A stretch of DNA of 64,000 bases from Octopus vulgaris (GCA_951406725.2 OX597825.1:87358001-87422000), one strand, 5' to 3'; shown: positions 1-14,899, numbered from the stretch's first letter. Notes: a model not told the origin generated them from the letters alone. Numbers and translations are program-made.

Positions 1-946
1 AAACTCAGCTGGACCAAACCACGTTGCGACGCATCACACATCCACCTACGTATCTTAATAATGGCAATCATAACCTTGTATTATCTGCGGAATGAAGTTC
101 ATTTCATCTACATCGACGATTTAACAGAAAATATAAGGAATGTTACGCGATTATATTTTCTTGTCTAATACCACTGTGACTACAAACGATAGAATAACGG
201 AATATTTTCCTTTTTAATTATGGCAATAAATTTTACCCCAAGCAAGCTATCAAACTGATTCTTTATAAATTCTGTAAAAGACCCATCCTCAAATATTACC
301 CCTGCTATGGAATTCGTTTAAATTCATTAAATATTATATTGCTAAGCTTTGTGTTACCATTCTGAAAATTGCCATTTTAATGCCATCATTGTCATAATGA
401 TGATATAAAAAGTAAAATATATTTCATTGAATTATTTGAAGCTGTTAAAAAACACAACTAACGATGGGCTATAAAGATATTTTACGTGAAAAACTGCTTA
501 CTAAATTGATATATATGGAACAATTCATTCAAAAACACTTCAGTCTCTGCCTTATCTAGCGATATATTCTATAGCTGAGATCTTTTTGTCGAAAAATATA
601 TATTGTATTATAACGGTTATAGTTTAAACATTTAACACATATTCACACGCACCTACTCACAAGATCACTAATATATTGTGACTCATGCTGATACATATAC
701 ACACCCTACCCCTACACATACACACATACACACACACACTCGCATAGACGTATTTATTATATACGTAACACATCCATTCAGTTCATATACACATATATTG
801 TGTGTATTTTTCAGTAATATATGCTACTGGTAATATATGCTATTGGTACATACTCTATACATACCGCACGCATGCTTATACGTGCAATATGTATATATAA
901 TATATACATATGCAAGCAGGTAAGAATATCCATAAACCAATATATA

Positions 947-981
<35 letters not shown>

Positions 982-2744
982 CATACATATATGTGCATGG
1001 TTATATATGTACTTATGCATACACCCTTACATATATACAAGATCTTTGGAATTCGTGTGTGTACAAGTAACATTGAAAACACCTTGTAGGTGTGTTGTCA
1101 GAAGATATGTTACCAAATGTAAAATATTGATTTAAACCAGCAAAGATTTGGGCCGGACCTTTTTTGAGAAACATTCAGAAAAATTGTGAATTATATATTA
1201 TATAAATGTGGCTAACCTTTAAGGGTTGATGTCACTTTTAGTTGGCTAATATAATTCACAACATCGTGCTGTTACTGTTTATATCTCGCTCAGAGATTTA
1301 TTATATTCAGTAAAATATCATATTTTATTGAAAATATTTAGACAACTGAACCTGTATTTTGTGTAAATAAATAATTAATGTGTGTGTATGGATGCGTACA
1401 TGTGTGAAGCAACTCAGTTTATGAAGCTTTAAGTGTTTCTGAGTTATTAAGTATTTACATAATAGATGTAAGAGACGTAAGAGACCTATGACACTTTGTG
1501 GTTAACTGGAAGAACCTGATATTTCTCAGAAGCAATGACTAAAGTAAAGAAAATTTAAACGACTACAACCAGAGAATAAAGATTTGAAGCTGATTCACAG
1601 CGAGCTTATAATAAACAGGCGATATTTTGATATATTTATTTACATAAATATATTTTTGCACATTTAGATATAGATATAATATATCTCGTGTGATCGCTGC
1701 ATCAGAAGAGAGGAAATTAAGTAACCCCTAACAAATATATTGGCCATTGATCTTACTTTTATTGAAAGCCTGAAATAAAATCGCCATTTTCCCCAGCCAC
1801 GTATATATTTTCCCCTCATTAATTATCACCAGCAAAGGCGGTTTTACTCTCTGCCTTTTTATCACCTGCCACACTTCAATGCTTTCTTTGGTTTAGAATA
1901 AACTCCAGGATCCGAGGTCAGTGATGTCAGTCTGTGTTGGTAAGCACTGATCCATTATTTGTCTTTAAGTTCGAAGAAAAGTTCGTTGAGTTCACTTGCT
2001 GTGAGGAATGAAGTCTCTGGCTTTTCAAACATTTGTCTTTCATCTCAGATTTAAGGAATAAAGAGAAAGTTTTGGCATTTTAACTGCAATTTAACAAATG
2101 ACTTATGAAATGATGTAAAGAATTGCTGTAAGGAGTGATGGTTAGGTGGTGGGGAAGAAGGTACATGAAACCAAGAATGGAAAGGCAAGATGGAGAGAAT
2201 AGTTGCAAGAATCTGGAGTGTGGGCAAGTTGAAAAGAGAGGATAGGAAATAGTAAGGCTTGCAAAAACCAAAAAAAAGCAGCTCAGACATACGCACGCGT
2301 ACACACACATATACATAAACACATACACACGCACTTACGAACACACATGAATACACACACGCATGCACACAGGGCTTCATTAAATATAAATACATAAAAA
2401 TAAATACTTAAAGACTGCAGTATTTTATGACAAAGTATAATAGTTAATTGAACGGAGTTGTGTGGAAAGGAAAAGATCCATGGTAAGTTGGTGGTTTGAG
2501 AGTAGTGAGAGGTTGACGAATCGAGGAGATTAGATAAGGGTAGATAAGATAGAAAGGGAGAAAGCTTTTAGTAAATTCGATATAGCGGTGAGGGGGGGGG
2601 GTCAAGTGGGAAAATGATGAAAATAAGAAATAATTTTGAAGAAAGTCTGGGACTGAAATCTGCGTTTAAAAATTAAGGGGACCAATGAACGCTCTGTGTA
2701 AGAAAAGACTTTCGTAGTATCCGTTCTACTACTGGGACGAGGTC

Positions 2745-2925
2745 TGAAATGTTGGGGAAGGAGGGTAATCGATTCCATCGGCTCCCGGTAATATGACTGG
2801 TACTTATTTTATCATCCCCGAAATTATGAAAGGCGAAGTTGACCACGAGGGAATTTGAAATCAGAACGTGAAGACGGCCGAAATGCCGTATGCCCGGTGC
2901 GTTAACCATTGTGACAGCTTACCAT
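2745..2925 (-). mobile_element. SINE, family S1 (degenerate)
   Basis: Shares 'actggtacttattttatc...aatttgaa(a/c)tcagaac...aaatgcc' with copies at about 21095-21287 and 51215-51340. Confidence 0.7.
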
Positions 2926-3032
2926 TTTAAACATATCATATTATTAATACGAATATAGAACTCAAGAAGTATAGATTACGTAGAAGCCAGACTTCCTAAA
3001 CCTTTAATAATAATGATAAACCTGCCCGGGAA

Positions 3033-3623
3033 GTGAACCCAGGTGCAAGTTCTCCAACCGGCAGCAAGGGCCATGGAGACGGAGAACCCGGTGAAGAGGT
3101 AGAGGGAGGAGGAAGAACTAAAAGAAGGACTGGAAGAGCTAAAGGAAAAGCTCAAGCAGGACCAAAGGGTGAAAAAACCAGGAATAGAAGTGGAACCGCA
3201 AAAGATGGAAACAAACAGCGCACACGGGTGTGTAGGTTCTACCTGAGAGGTTCCTGCTGGCATGGAAAGGAAGGTGCAGGCTGCCGCTTTGCACATCGAG
3301 GACCCTGCCACAGAGACACGAGGCAGATGGACAAACCATCAACACAAGGAAAAGGGATGGACCACCCACCACTTGCCCCAAAGCGGAGGTACGCAGATGT
3401 TGTGCGTGCCACAAACCGCCAACATGATGTTGTCGAAAGGGCAGCTGCTGAGCAACAATCTTTTTTGTGCATGGCACAAAAGATTGTACAGCAGCTGACC
3501 TGGCTTCATCAAACCCAAGCCCGCAGGTGGGACTACCCACTATATACCAGACCACCACAGCAAACAGACCCAGGATGGACACCGCCGGCAACAACGTACA
3601 CCTCACCTCGATGCTCCTACTGA
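3033..3623 (+). CDS. LINE ORF1 C-terminal part with CCCH-type zinc finger
   Basis: Basic G/K/R-rich region, then CRFYLRGSCWHGKEGAGCRFAH (C-x7-C-x8-C-x3-H). The stop overlaps the start of the endonuclease frame. Confidence 0.65.
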   Translation: MNPGASSPTGSKGHGDGEPGEEVEGGGRTKRRTGRAKGKAQAGPKGEKTRNRSGTAKDGNKQRTRVCRFYLRGSCWHGKEGAGCRFAHRGPCHRDTRQMDKPSTQGKGMDHPPLAPKRRYADVVRATNRQHDVVERAAAEQQSFLCMAQKIVQQLTWLHQTQARRWDYPLYTRPPQQTDPGWTPPATTYTSPRCSY

Positions 3624-6531
3624 ACATCAGAGGACTGCAAACACTCAGTAACAGGACAAAAATCCCGTTCCTGAGAGACTTTGTTGCATGCAATCAAGCC
3701 TTATGCATAGCACTTACGGAAACGCACCTGAAACCGGACATAGCAGATGCGGAGTTACACATACCACAGTATGCTGTTCTACGGACCGACAGAAAAGAAA
3801 GGAGTCATGGAGGTGTTGTTATGTACATCCGTGAGGACCTCACACCCCAGGTCCTCTTGTCATACTCAAACTCGGTGTGTGACACACTAATTGTACATAT
3901 TAGGCAACTTGATGTAGTTGTGTGTGCTACATATCGCCCTCCAGATGCCCCAAGTCATGTGGGCAAGTTTGAAGACTGCCTTATAAAAATAGAAGAAGTT
4001 CTAACCACATTAGAACAACACATAAGTGTACTTCTTATGGGAGACTTCAATCTGCCCAATGTCAGATGGCCCGAGGGCCTTTCTCTCCCAGGAATGACAA
4101 GATGTGAACGAGAACAGGCGAGGTCCCTCCTGAACCTCATTAACACCCTGTACATGGAGCAGGTAATACTCCAACCAACCAGGACGGGTAACACACTGGA
4201 TCTCTGCTTCACAAATGACATGGATCTCATCCATAATGTGAAAGTGACACCGACACTACTCTCGGATCACAACATGATAGAGCTGACCATGTACGGGCCA
4301 AAAGAGAGCACGGACATGCAGCCTAGCTTGAACTACCATAAGGCAAACTGGAAACAAATTGAGAAAGAGATCCTTAAACAAAACCGGCCTGAATGTCTCT
4401 CCTCGCCAGACATCGACGTGAAACCTCAACAAGTCATGTATGTAATGCAAGCCATATGCTACAAATGTGTCCCAGAGAGAAAGGCCACTATACACAAGAA
4501 CAAAATCCCCAGAGAGAGGAAAATTTTAATGAGACGGCGTACAAAATTTTCAAATCGCCTAAACAAACAGATTGAAAGCAGTGAAAAGTCCCGCCTGAAA
4601 ATAAAACTGTTGGAAATCGAAAAATGTCTGCAACTCTCCCATGAAAAAGAAAGAGCAGACAAAGAAGCCTGGGCTATAGACAACATAAAATCTAACCCCA
4701 GAGCTTTCTACAGGTATGCCAAAGAAACAGCTACGGTGCACTGTAGAATAGGGCCACTCCTCGAAAAGGATGGCACACTTACAGGAAAACCAATGAGGGT
4801 AAGTGAAATACTGAATGAGCAATTCAAGAGTGTTTTCACTCCACCCCTTGGGCATCTCCAAATCACCAATCCAACTGACTTCTTTACCACTGCAGATATA
4901 AAATCAGAGGCGGCGACGATAAATTACATCGATATAAAGGAAGACGATGTAATCAAGGCTATAGATGAAATGAAAACAGACTCAGCTACTGGCCCCGATG
5001 GATTCCCGGCAATCCTCCTAAAAGCATGTAAGAGAGTCCTAGCAAGACCACTGCAGTTCCTCTTTCAGAGCTTCCTTGCAGCTGGCAAACTTCCAAGAAA
5101 ACTGAAGGAAGGTAAAATATGTCCCATTCATAAAGGAGGTAGCAGAGTGGAAGCCAAGAACTATAGACCTATCTCTCTGACCTCACACATCAGCAAGGTC
5201 ATGGAACGAATAGTCAGAAGGAAGCTGATCACCTTCCTTGAAGAAAATGACTTGCTGCCCGACACCCAACATGGTTTCCGACCAGGGAGAAGCTGTTTAA
5301 CTCAGCTCCTACAACACTATGACTGGGTGCTGAAACGGCTGCTCAACCACTCAAATGTGGAAGTGATATCTCGACTTTGCAAAGGCCTTTGATAAAGTCG
5401 ATCATGGAATGATATGTCACAAACTGCGTGATCTCAACATAGTTGGAAAACTGGGAGAATGGCTTCATGACTTTCTGAAAGATAGAAGTCAGGTGGTAGT
5501 AGCCAATGGGGCCACTTCCATTAACACGCAAATAGTGAGCGGTGTTCCGCAGGGCACTGTTCTGGGACCACTACTGTTCATAATGGCCCTCTCAGACATG
5601 CCCTCAGCCACGCAGAGAGCCACGATCACAAGTTATGCAGATGATACAAAAGTTTCACCGGCAATACAGAACCCTGAGGACACTAAACACCTGCAATGTG
5701 ATCTGGACAAAATATACAAGTGGGCCGAAAAGAATAGCATCCAGTTCAATGCTGAAAAGTTTCAAGCTCAATACTATCAGCATGCAAAACTAAATGCAAT
5801 ACCCAATGAATACACTGGACCCGGAGGAATAGCAATCCCAGAGGCACCTAGGTATTTACATGAGTGATGACGCGACCTTTCGTGTACATGTTGCTAAATT
5901 GGCAATGAAATGTAGACGACTGGCCGGATGGATCCTCAGAACCTTTAGAACAAGAGAACAAGAAACCATGATGGTCCTCTGGAAGACACTTGTCCTAAGC
6001 CACTTTGACTACTGCTCTCAGTTATGGTCACCATCCAGTGTCAAGTTGATCACAGAGCTCGAGGCGATCCAACGTAGCTACACGAAGAAGATAGCCTCTA
6101 TGCAGAATGTAAGCTACTGGGAAAGACTCAAGAGATTAAAACTATATTCCCTGGAGCGTAGGCGGGAAAGATATGCCATAATATACATCTGGAAGATCCT
6201 GGAGGGATGTGTCCTGAACTTTGGAATCGAGAGTTACGCAAATGCCAGAACTGGGCGCCACTGCGTGGTTCCTAGGACTCCAAACTTGCCATCAAGATGT
6301 AGGACAAGATTCTGTGATAGCCTGGGCTTCCGAGGCCCACAGCTCTTCAATATCCTCCCGAAGAACCTGAGAGACCTGCATGGGGTGGATGCAGATGTCT
6401 TTAAAATGAAGCTGGATCTCTTCCTGTCAGGTGTCCCAGATGAACCAACTTCACGGCAGGAGGTGCAGATGAGGGCAGCTGCATCGAACTCACTCATGCA
6501 CCAAATGGCAGTTGCTAGAAAGCTTTCGTGA
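3611..6531 (+). pseudogene. LINE ORF2 (apurinic endonuclease + reverse transcriptase), broken by two frameshifts
   Basis: EN motifs LLNIRGL, ALTETHL, YRPP, MGDFNLP, TLDL, SDH. RT motifs GPDG, NYRPISLTS, QHGFR..RSC, (YL)DFAKAFDKVDH, GVPQGTVLGPLLF, YADD. C-terminal DYCSQLWSP and LERRRERY. Frameshifts near 5368 and 5846. Confidence 0.93.
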
Positions 6532-7019
6532 AGTGAAACCAAGTAGCAACACCAAATGGCGGTGCCCCAGCATGGCCACAGCTCATAAGCTGAAACTAGA
6601 ATCAATCAATCAATCAATCAACAATATATTATACAAATGTTCCGAGTAAGTTGACTGCTGTGGCACGGTTAGGTATGAAGCGTCGACGTGTGACTTGATA
6701 TTTCTCCATTTTTAATCGGCCAGCAATAATTTCACTCTCTTCCCGTCAAGGCTAAACATGTTGATCCACATTAATATGAAAGAGATATGGTTATCATGGT
6801 TATTTCAGATTTTATAGGATTCTCAATTCAAACTGAGTTAAATTTCTCTCAAATTTGTTTTTGCAAATTCAGTTTTAAAACTCCACTCTATCAATTCGTC
6901 TTCAACCTCCAACGAATTTTGTGTCATCTGCTGTTTTAATGCGATGAAGAGAACTCGAATATATCGAATTTGTTATTTTCTATGTTAAGTGGAATTGTTT
7001 GTAGAATTGGTTTTCGATA

Positions 7020-7295
7020 TATTCCAAATTTTACGCTTTAAGAGAATTTTTTGTTCATAAATGCCTTTAATTTACGTATCAGAGTGACATTATCTTCCGC
7101 CGCTCCTTGCTGAGGCATAATAACTTCATCGAGTTTCTCAAAAATACCTCACAAAGACTATAATTTGAAAACCAATTCTCACAAGTGTTTATTTCTTATA
7201 AAACAATAACAACTTCATTTTTTTTTTACATCGACTAATCGTTTCAAAGTTTCTCTCTTCGACGGCCATAATACTTTTGTATGCAGTGACATTTT
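7020..7295 (-). pseudogene. Degenerate hAT (Charlie/Buster-like) transposase fragment
   Basis: Minus strand reads LHTKVLWPSKRETLKRLVD (family consensus LHTEVRWLSRG.VL.R), then after frameshifts EKLDEVIMPQQG...NVTLIRKLKAF (consensus KLN.LN..LQG...KIKAF). Confidence 0.6.
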
Positions 7296-8049
7296 GTTTC
7301 TGAACTCAGCTCTCACATTTTGTTGGCGAACAGAAAAGAAACAGATATTCACTGCCTGGCTTTAATAAGATTTACAGTTCTAAATAGCTCCTTTATTGCT
7401 ACATTTATCTCTGGATAATTAGCTTGAAAACTAATTCATACCACAGTCTCAAAAAAGATCTCATTGTTGCTTGAAATCTTACGCTTTCATCCTGAAATTA
7501 CATACAGGTATTTCGCTCCAGACACATTTCTTTAAAATATCGGAGTATTTTAAAAAAAATGTCGTCGATAGTTGCTGACAGTTCTGTCTTTTATAGTCAA
7601 CCAGTACATGAACACCAAATCCATATGATTTACAGAACAGAATTCCTAGTCTTAATTCGAGCCTCACAGAATTCAGGTGAAAGACTATAGATATAATGTC
7701 TATTTGCATATTTTAAGGGCAGCATGGAAAGTTTTCTGGAAACGATAATCCAAATTGCTACTAATCTCGCCTATGTAAAGTGCTTTCTTTACTCTATTAA
7801 CGTCTATATAGATACACAAAACATCTGAGTGCTACAAAATCACCCAATAAACAATAGATTTAGGATTCAACGCAGACAAATTTACATTTTCGTTCGTAAC
7901 GCTTTCATTTTGAAGCTTCGATGAAGCTTTAGAGTGATACAAAATCATTCAAATATGAATGGTTTGCATCTTATAACAGAAACAGCTGTAAGGTAATGAA
8001 GTTCGTAACATTATTTCTTCTTCTTTTGTCATTTTAATTTCGTATACAA

Positions 8050-8204
8050 ACTTTTTCTCTCCTTGTTTTTTCTGTGTCCATTTCTGTAGAAGATCGTAGG
8101 CTCGGAACGTAAAATACTTTTTTTCTATTCCTGAGCGTTATACTAATACATCTGTTTGTTTTGTACACCACTTGTCTTCGTCTTTTGTTTTTTTCGTAAA
8201 CTCT

Positions 8205-8208
<4 letters not shown>
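8050..8208 (+). mobile_element. Short repeat family A (PLE pLTR-like, with hammerhead-like motif), adjoining (TA)n
   Basis: Near-identical to 54340-54530 (+) and 59925-60063 (-). Confidence 0.7.
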
Positions 8209-8264
<56 letters not shown>

Positions 8265-10146
8265 TTACATAGACTCCGATGTCTTTTCAGGGGATCATTC
8301 TACAAGGAAAATAAAGGCTATAAGATGAATGAAGTTGAGGTATTGAATCAATTATGTGTATAAACAAATTAGATACATCAAATATTTTAAACATAACAGT
8401 TTGGGCATCAGATACAAAATATGTCTATAATATGTATACAGGTAAAACGAGAAAAAGCAAAAGGTGGAAACTTTCAGGTGATGAATTTTAACTATAAATA
8501 CAGAGAAAACGACAGAGAAAATTAAAGGCGTGGCAGAAAGGTGCCCTTACAACACCATTCTTCCAGTTTATTGCATGGGCCTCAATTAGGTGGAGACAAA
8601 TTATATCTGAGACGATAAATTTATGTGTCACGCGCCTTCACTTAGCCGTCTCTTCAAGTGACATGCAGAGTTAATTTCCGACTACCTGACAAAAGATTAA
8701 CAAGGAATATAATACGTCTCCATAATAGAATCTTGTTGCTGCTGCTGCTGCTGCTGGCAGTGGTTCTGGATTATTCTTTTGTATGTAGGTTCGTCAACAA
8801 TTTTTTTGTCACTTCATTAGAAACGAACGCCAAAGTTTACCAAAGAAGATTCTAAAAGTTGATCACGAAACACAGGATGCTAACAGTGCATTATCTCTAA
8901 TTGTGTTGCTAATATGTAGTTATCACCAATTCTGTTAGTAATATTTAGTTATCATTAATAGTATTACTAATATTAAGTTATTAATAATTGTATTACAAAC
9001 GTGTAACAATAGCAGTTTCTAAACAATGTTGTCGTAATATTGGAAAAAACAAAACAAAACCAAAAAAACGAGGTATGTGACGTATGAAGAAATTTATTCG
9101 ATGTAGAATTAAACAAATATGGTAAATATGTAGAGTATGAATTAATAAGAAACTGTTAAGCTTTTTGCATGTTCTGTGCGGAGCATTGGCCATTTTAGTG
9201 CCATTCTTGTGCTTCAGTTCCCTACATTTTGTAATTATTTAGGAATGTATTTTTGCCAGCGCTGGTCAGCAAATCTAATTGTGAATTCTGCTGATTTTCT
9301 TCGTAAATAATATAAAGTGACTCATTAGAGCTGAGCTGTACTGTTAGTAATAAATTATGGATTTTCCAGTAATAAGGTTTCTTTAAAAAAAAAAAGAAAA
9401 TTTCTCCACAGATATTCCTCAAACCTGTGCAATAAGCTCCAGTATAACGACTCCTCGTTTTCGTTTATATTTCTTGTGGATTCATTTACGTTTTATTGAA
9501 CTATAAAGTATTAATGTTGCAACAAAAGATAGTAAACGTCACTTTCATGGTGTTACGATATTGTAATCGTCTAATAAATAGTATTTAATTGCAAAATACT
9601 GGGGGAATAACTCACAAAGAATTTCTCGCAAATGTAATGACGGTAAATTTTCGGTTTTCGTTTCTTCTGTTTTTCTTTTCTTTTGATTGTGTATGTCCGT
9701 TAGTAGAGTAATATATATCAGAGAATGTGAAAATGAATGATATTCAGCTCTGTAAACAGACAGAGGAAAGCAATGGCAATAAACTTAGATAATCAAATAG
9801 AACGAAAGGGAAATAAAAGAGCGGAGAGATAAGGAGGATAGATAGATGGAGAGAAAGAGAGGAAGAAGATGAGAGACGCGGAGATATAAAAAGAAGAGAA
9901 AAAAATATACGAGCATTTGAATAATTTAATACCTAATTATATTATCAGTACTTTTTGATTTGTGAATTTGTTCTCGGAATACATTAATTCTAAAATATCT
10001 TACTCTCCGTTAACAGAAGATAATAAAATTGATCACAGGTTTATTTCAGTGTAAATCTGTAACACATATTGTGATAACGACTGATCAAATACGTTGAAAC
10101 ATAAAAAATATTTTCTATATTTTTTTATCTCTGTATATATTTTCAG

Positions 10147-10240
10147 GATTCTGGCAAACTATGCAATTTGGATTTTAGTAAAACAAGTTGGCGTTTTCCT
10201 ACCCTCACGTTTCCGTAAACTTATACAAGAATATGACAAG
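10147..10240 (+). CDS. Internal exon of an M13 family (neprilysin / ECE-like) zinc metallopeptidase
   Basis: Polypyrimidine tract and tttcag acceptor, AAG|gtaata donor. Reads (R)ILANYAIWILVKQVGVFLPSRFRKLIQEYDK, matching the M13 'R-x-L-x-N-Y-x-x-W' helix. 94 bp, and it splices in frame to the 17101 exon. Confidence 0.88.
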
Positions 10241-11374
10241 GTAATAAAGTTTTACAGTGTTTAACCCTCCACACACGCACACAGACAAAGACACTCACAA
10301 ACTCACACACGCCATACCGTTCGTTTGAATGGGGTTCTACAATAAATTTAAATTCACTTTTAGTATTGACTCTGTTCCTCAGTAAAGGTTAGCATGATAT
10401 TCATAAATCTGCTTTAAAACACAAGCACAAATACACATTATGTATACATTTATGTGTTTGTGTTTATGTGTGTAAGTGTGTCTCTATGTGTGTGTAAGCA
10501 TGTGAATGTGTGACTTAGAGGTGATACTTTAAATTACGTATGCAAAATATTTTCAATTGGTTGAAATTATCCTCTGAAGAAAACATTCAAAACTAGCGAA
10601 GATCATTTCAAGAAATACACTATATACCTCTATAATTTTATTTACATCTTAACCGGAAAACACGAAGCTTGCAGTCAAGGGAGTTAACCACAGCTAACTT
10701 TCTGTCTTATTGGATATCGTCAGCGTAAAAAAGTCTACTAAAGCTGGCTTTGTTTTGTTTACGTGTATACACCTACCCCATATATATATATATATATGAC
10801 TGCAAACCACTTAGTATTTGCATTCCCTTAGCACAAGGTTGAATGCGAGGAAAATGGATAAAAAAAGTTTTCTTAAAATTGTTATGGTTAACCCTAAGTC
10901 TTCAGATTTCTGGTTTAGTAATAAATACTCTACTTTCATCAGTAGGGGTATACCGAACGTACATAAATGAAAACAAATATACACAGCCATACAAATGCAC
11001 GCATGTAAATACGAATATATACATATATTTACACGAATATGCGAAGCAAAATCCTATTATCCATCTCGACCACGTGCGTATTTGATCAGAATAATACCGC
11101 AGTAAATAAAGTGACTGGAGTGAATAAATATACATGTATACCTAATTAAGGATAAAAGCACAAAAATGAATGATTTTATAAATGGCCAGCATATAATAAA
11201 AACCATATAGGTATACGCAAATATAATAATTTTACGAAATCTTTTTTATCCATTTTCCTCGTATTAACCCTTGTGCTAATGGAGTCCAAATTCAAAGTGA
11301 TTTAGTTTCACTTGACGTCTATTTCTAGCATATAGGTGTTGTTTCTTCAGTGCCCTTAATTATAATTATAATTA

Positions 11375-11439
<65 letters not shown>

Positions 11440-11483
11440 GTCTCTGTCTCTCTCTGTCTCTCTCTCTCTCTGTCTCTCTCTCT

Positions 11484-11525
<42 letters not shown>

Positions 11526-11704
11526 TCACAAAAAAACATTGAACACACATACAACATTCACAAAGTGTCTGTGTTATCAGTTCATGGGTCGGCTGCGTTT
11601 CAGGCGTAATGCAATATATACTCGATGCACCTGATGTTAAAAACACTTTAAAGTAAGTCATAAGGAAGCGAGACAACTGCCATCAGGTTCTTTTAGCCGT
11701 GTAT

Positions 11705-11885
11705 TTTAAGGTCAATATATATAGAGGTCGTATATTTAACAAAATACATATTTAGAGGCTGCATGTCATATGCAACAGGCATATATAGAGGCCACTCGAT
11801 ATAGACAGGGCCGCATGTATTTATCAATATATATACAAGCAGTACGTTTTACAGAGTAGATACATAGAAGCCGTGAATTTTATGG
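11705..11885. repeat. Degenerate minisatellite, unit roughly 30-35 bp
   Basis: Recurring 'atatagaggcc/tgcatgt'-like motif about five to six times. Confidence 0.4.
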
Positions 11886-12800
11886 AAGATATTTTCCCAT
11901 CTAGTCACACTGTTGATAATTGTGACGATATGTTTCAGCACTGAGGAATAATGGATGTATTATTGTCGACCCAAGACATCCAAAGCCGGCATAATTTAAA
12001 GAAAAAATTTATATATAAGGATTTGTGTCAATGCTTTTCCTTAAAAATATTGACAGCTTGACTAAAGGGACGGAAGAAGATAGTTTGTGAAAGCAAATGT
12101 TTTAACAGTCTTCTCGTTGCTATTTCTTTTACCACAACACTTGCATCAGTTCTTTAAAATTGACTTCGTGCAATGAAATAAGACAAATTACAATGTAGTG
12201 TTATAGAGGCTTCAATCGATTCTTTTAGAGGCACCGTTCCGATGAGAGACTCCATTGTTTCTCTCACCCCATCTCCCATCTCCCATTTGTATCATGGATT
12301 TTGTTTTTTCTTTTGTTTCTTTTTACTTCTGTTTAGGGAAAATACTTTTCTAGTTAAGGGCAATGATATTATATGGCAGACATAATCAACGAAGTGAAAT
12401 GGCTGGAAGCAAATTGGGAAACTGTCGCGAATAAGTTGTCTCGAACCGAATACTTCTCCTCATTGATCTTTTCTAACAATCTATCAAATTTTATAATAAT
12501 CACGTAATGCGGTTCGTATTCATTTCTTTATAAATATTTTAGCGTTGCGACGACTGTGAATGGCCTCCTGGTGTTTTACTAGATTGAATTGTATTCCGAA
12601 GTTTCCAAATCATAACGAAGGTGTCTGGAGTTGACAGACAACCAAAACGTTTCTCAGCTAAAACAAAACAATCACCAAACAACTTGGATGACTTCGGTTT
12701 ATTTGTTCCTCGTAAAATACAATAGGAAAATAGTTACAGCCAATGACGTATCCTATACAAACATACGCACACAATACAAATACACGTTACTAATTTAAAT

Positions 12801-12834
<34 letters not shown>

Positions 12835-13302
12835 GACACACATACAGGCACACACGCATGTCAGAATAACAGCTGACAACAGAAACGGGGCGACTATACC
12901 TGCGTATAAAGAACTAAACAACTTAATTGATTATTTGTACAACTATTGGAACAAATGATTAGATCATGTTATCTATGTATACATACACACACGCATATGA
13001 GCATGCGCACTCCCGAACAACACTTACACACACGCATTTCAGATAAACTCAGCGATAAATATTGGCAAACGAGTTTTCCTGTTGGTCGAGCAGAGTATCT
13101 GCCACTTCTTTACATCCGGGTACTTTAATGTAAAGAAATTGATTGGAAAACGTAAAAACATTTTACATTTGACGATTGTGGACCAGTCGAGCATGGAAGA
13201 TCAGCTGCTATGAACTCTATCAGACCAGTTCCCAATCATACAGTTCCCGATCATATCCATCAATCCATCCATCCATCCATCCATACATCCATCCATCCAT
13301 CC

Positions 13303-13428
<126 letters not shown>

Positions 13429-13429
13429 C

Positions 13430-13946
<517 letters not shown>

Positions 13947-14899
13947 AAGCACGATATATTCTCGATCAAACTTGTTCAAAAACCGAGGTCCTACTGTATT
14001 TTATTGTCGTATGTGGAATAAATTCTGTACACATAGGTCTGCACTATTCACCCCTCTAGAAATGATATCAATGCTATCATTGTCGTCACATTAAGGCCAT
14101 TGAAATATCATCAAAAACCGAGAAACTATATTTATATATTTAATTACTATCTACGACTCTAACATAATGAATGAGATTATAGAAACCCACACAAACACCG
14201 TTCACAGAATCCTTATACATTTCATAGCATAAAATAAATATACATACTTGATATCACTTTATTATAAGTTGCTTAATGGAAATTCGCAATATATAATTAT
14301 ATAAGATTCCGCCCAAACTTAAGACGTTTCTTCGGCACTTTAACAACTTTGCAATTTATTATATTTCATTATTAATTATTCAGTACTTAGATAATTGCTA
14401 ACTGATTTTAAAGTAGAGATTTCTAGTTACTTTTATAAGTTTTGTTCATATTTTGTTGTGTACGAAACGTAGCATAATGTTCGCAAACGCACAAAGGTAT
14501 ATTTTAAAAATGAAATGATGTCGTGGTGAGTATGCCCTTCTCCAAAGCTTTGGTGGCTTCACTGATTCTTCAGAGTGTTTAGCGTGTATTACTTTTGCTT
14601 AAGTTCGAGAATGTGTGAGGATGAATACAATTTATAAAGTTGACAAAATAATGTTCTTTATTTCATTGATTAATGAGAGGGCGAGACACAAAGAATACGA
14701 GAAAGGCGTTAGCTAAGAACCCATAGAAATTCAAACGTAAAAATATTTTCTCAAACATTTCATTTTCCTTGTGACAGAATCCATTTCAGAGAATTCAGTT
14801 TCTGTGATATATTGATCAATATAAAGTCAATTTTCGATTACATTTCAATCTCTCATTCAATCCATATTTTCGATGTGTAAGAAAGGTGATTTCATTGTA

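Larger units (their letters stand above)
3020..6622 (+). mobile_element. CR1-group non-LTR retrotransposon (APE endonuclease + RT), 5'-truncated, (ATCA)n tail
   Basis: Abrupt GC rise near 3020, ORF1 remnant, ORF2 with APE and RT motifs, short 3' UTR ending in ctaga(atca)n. No target-site duplication found by eye. Confidence 0.93.

Noticed and set aside
2976-4890. Antisense and alternative-frame ORFs within the LINE
   Set aside because: Shadow ORFs of a GC-richer coding element, with no recognisable motifs.
7925-7998. Candidate upstream peptidase exon ending LITETAV-R with ag|gtaatg
   Set aside because: In-frame stop about 23 codons upstream, and no match to the expected M13 'W..Y...VVV..P.Y' segment.
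8270-8730. Possible decayed PLE endonuclease / UTR on the minus strand
   Set aside because: Only faint resemblance. I could not recover diagnostic motifs.
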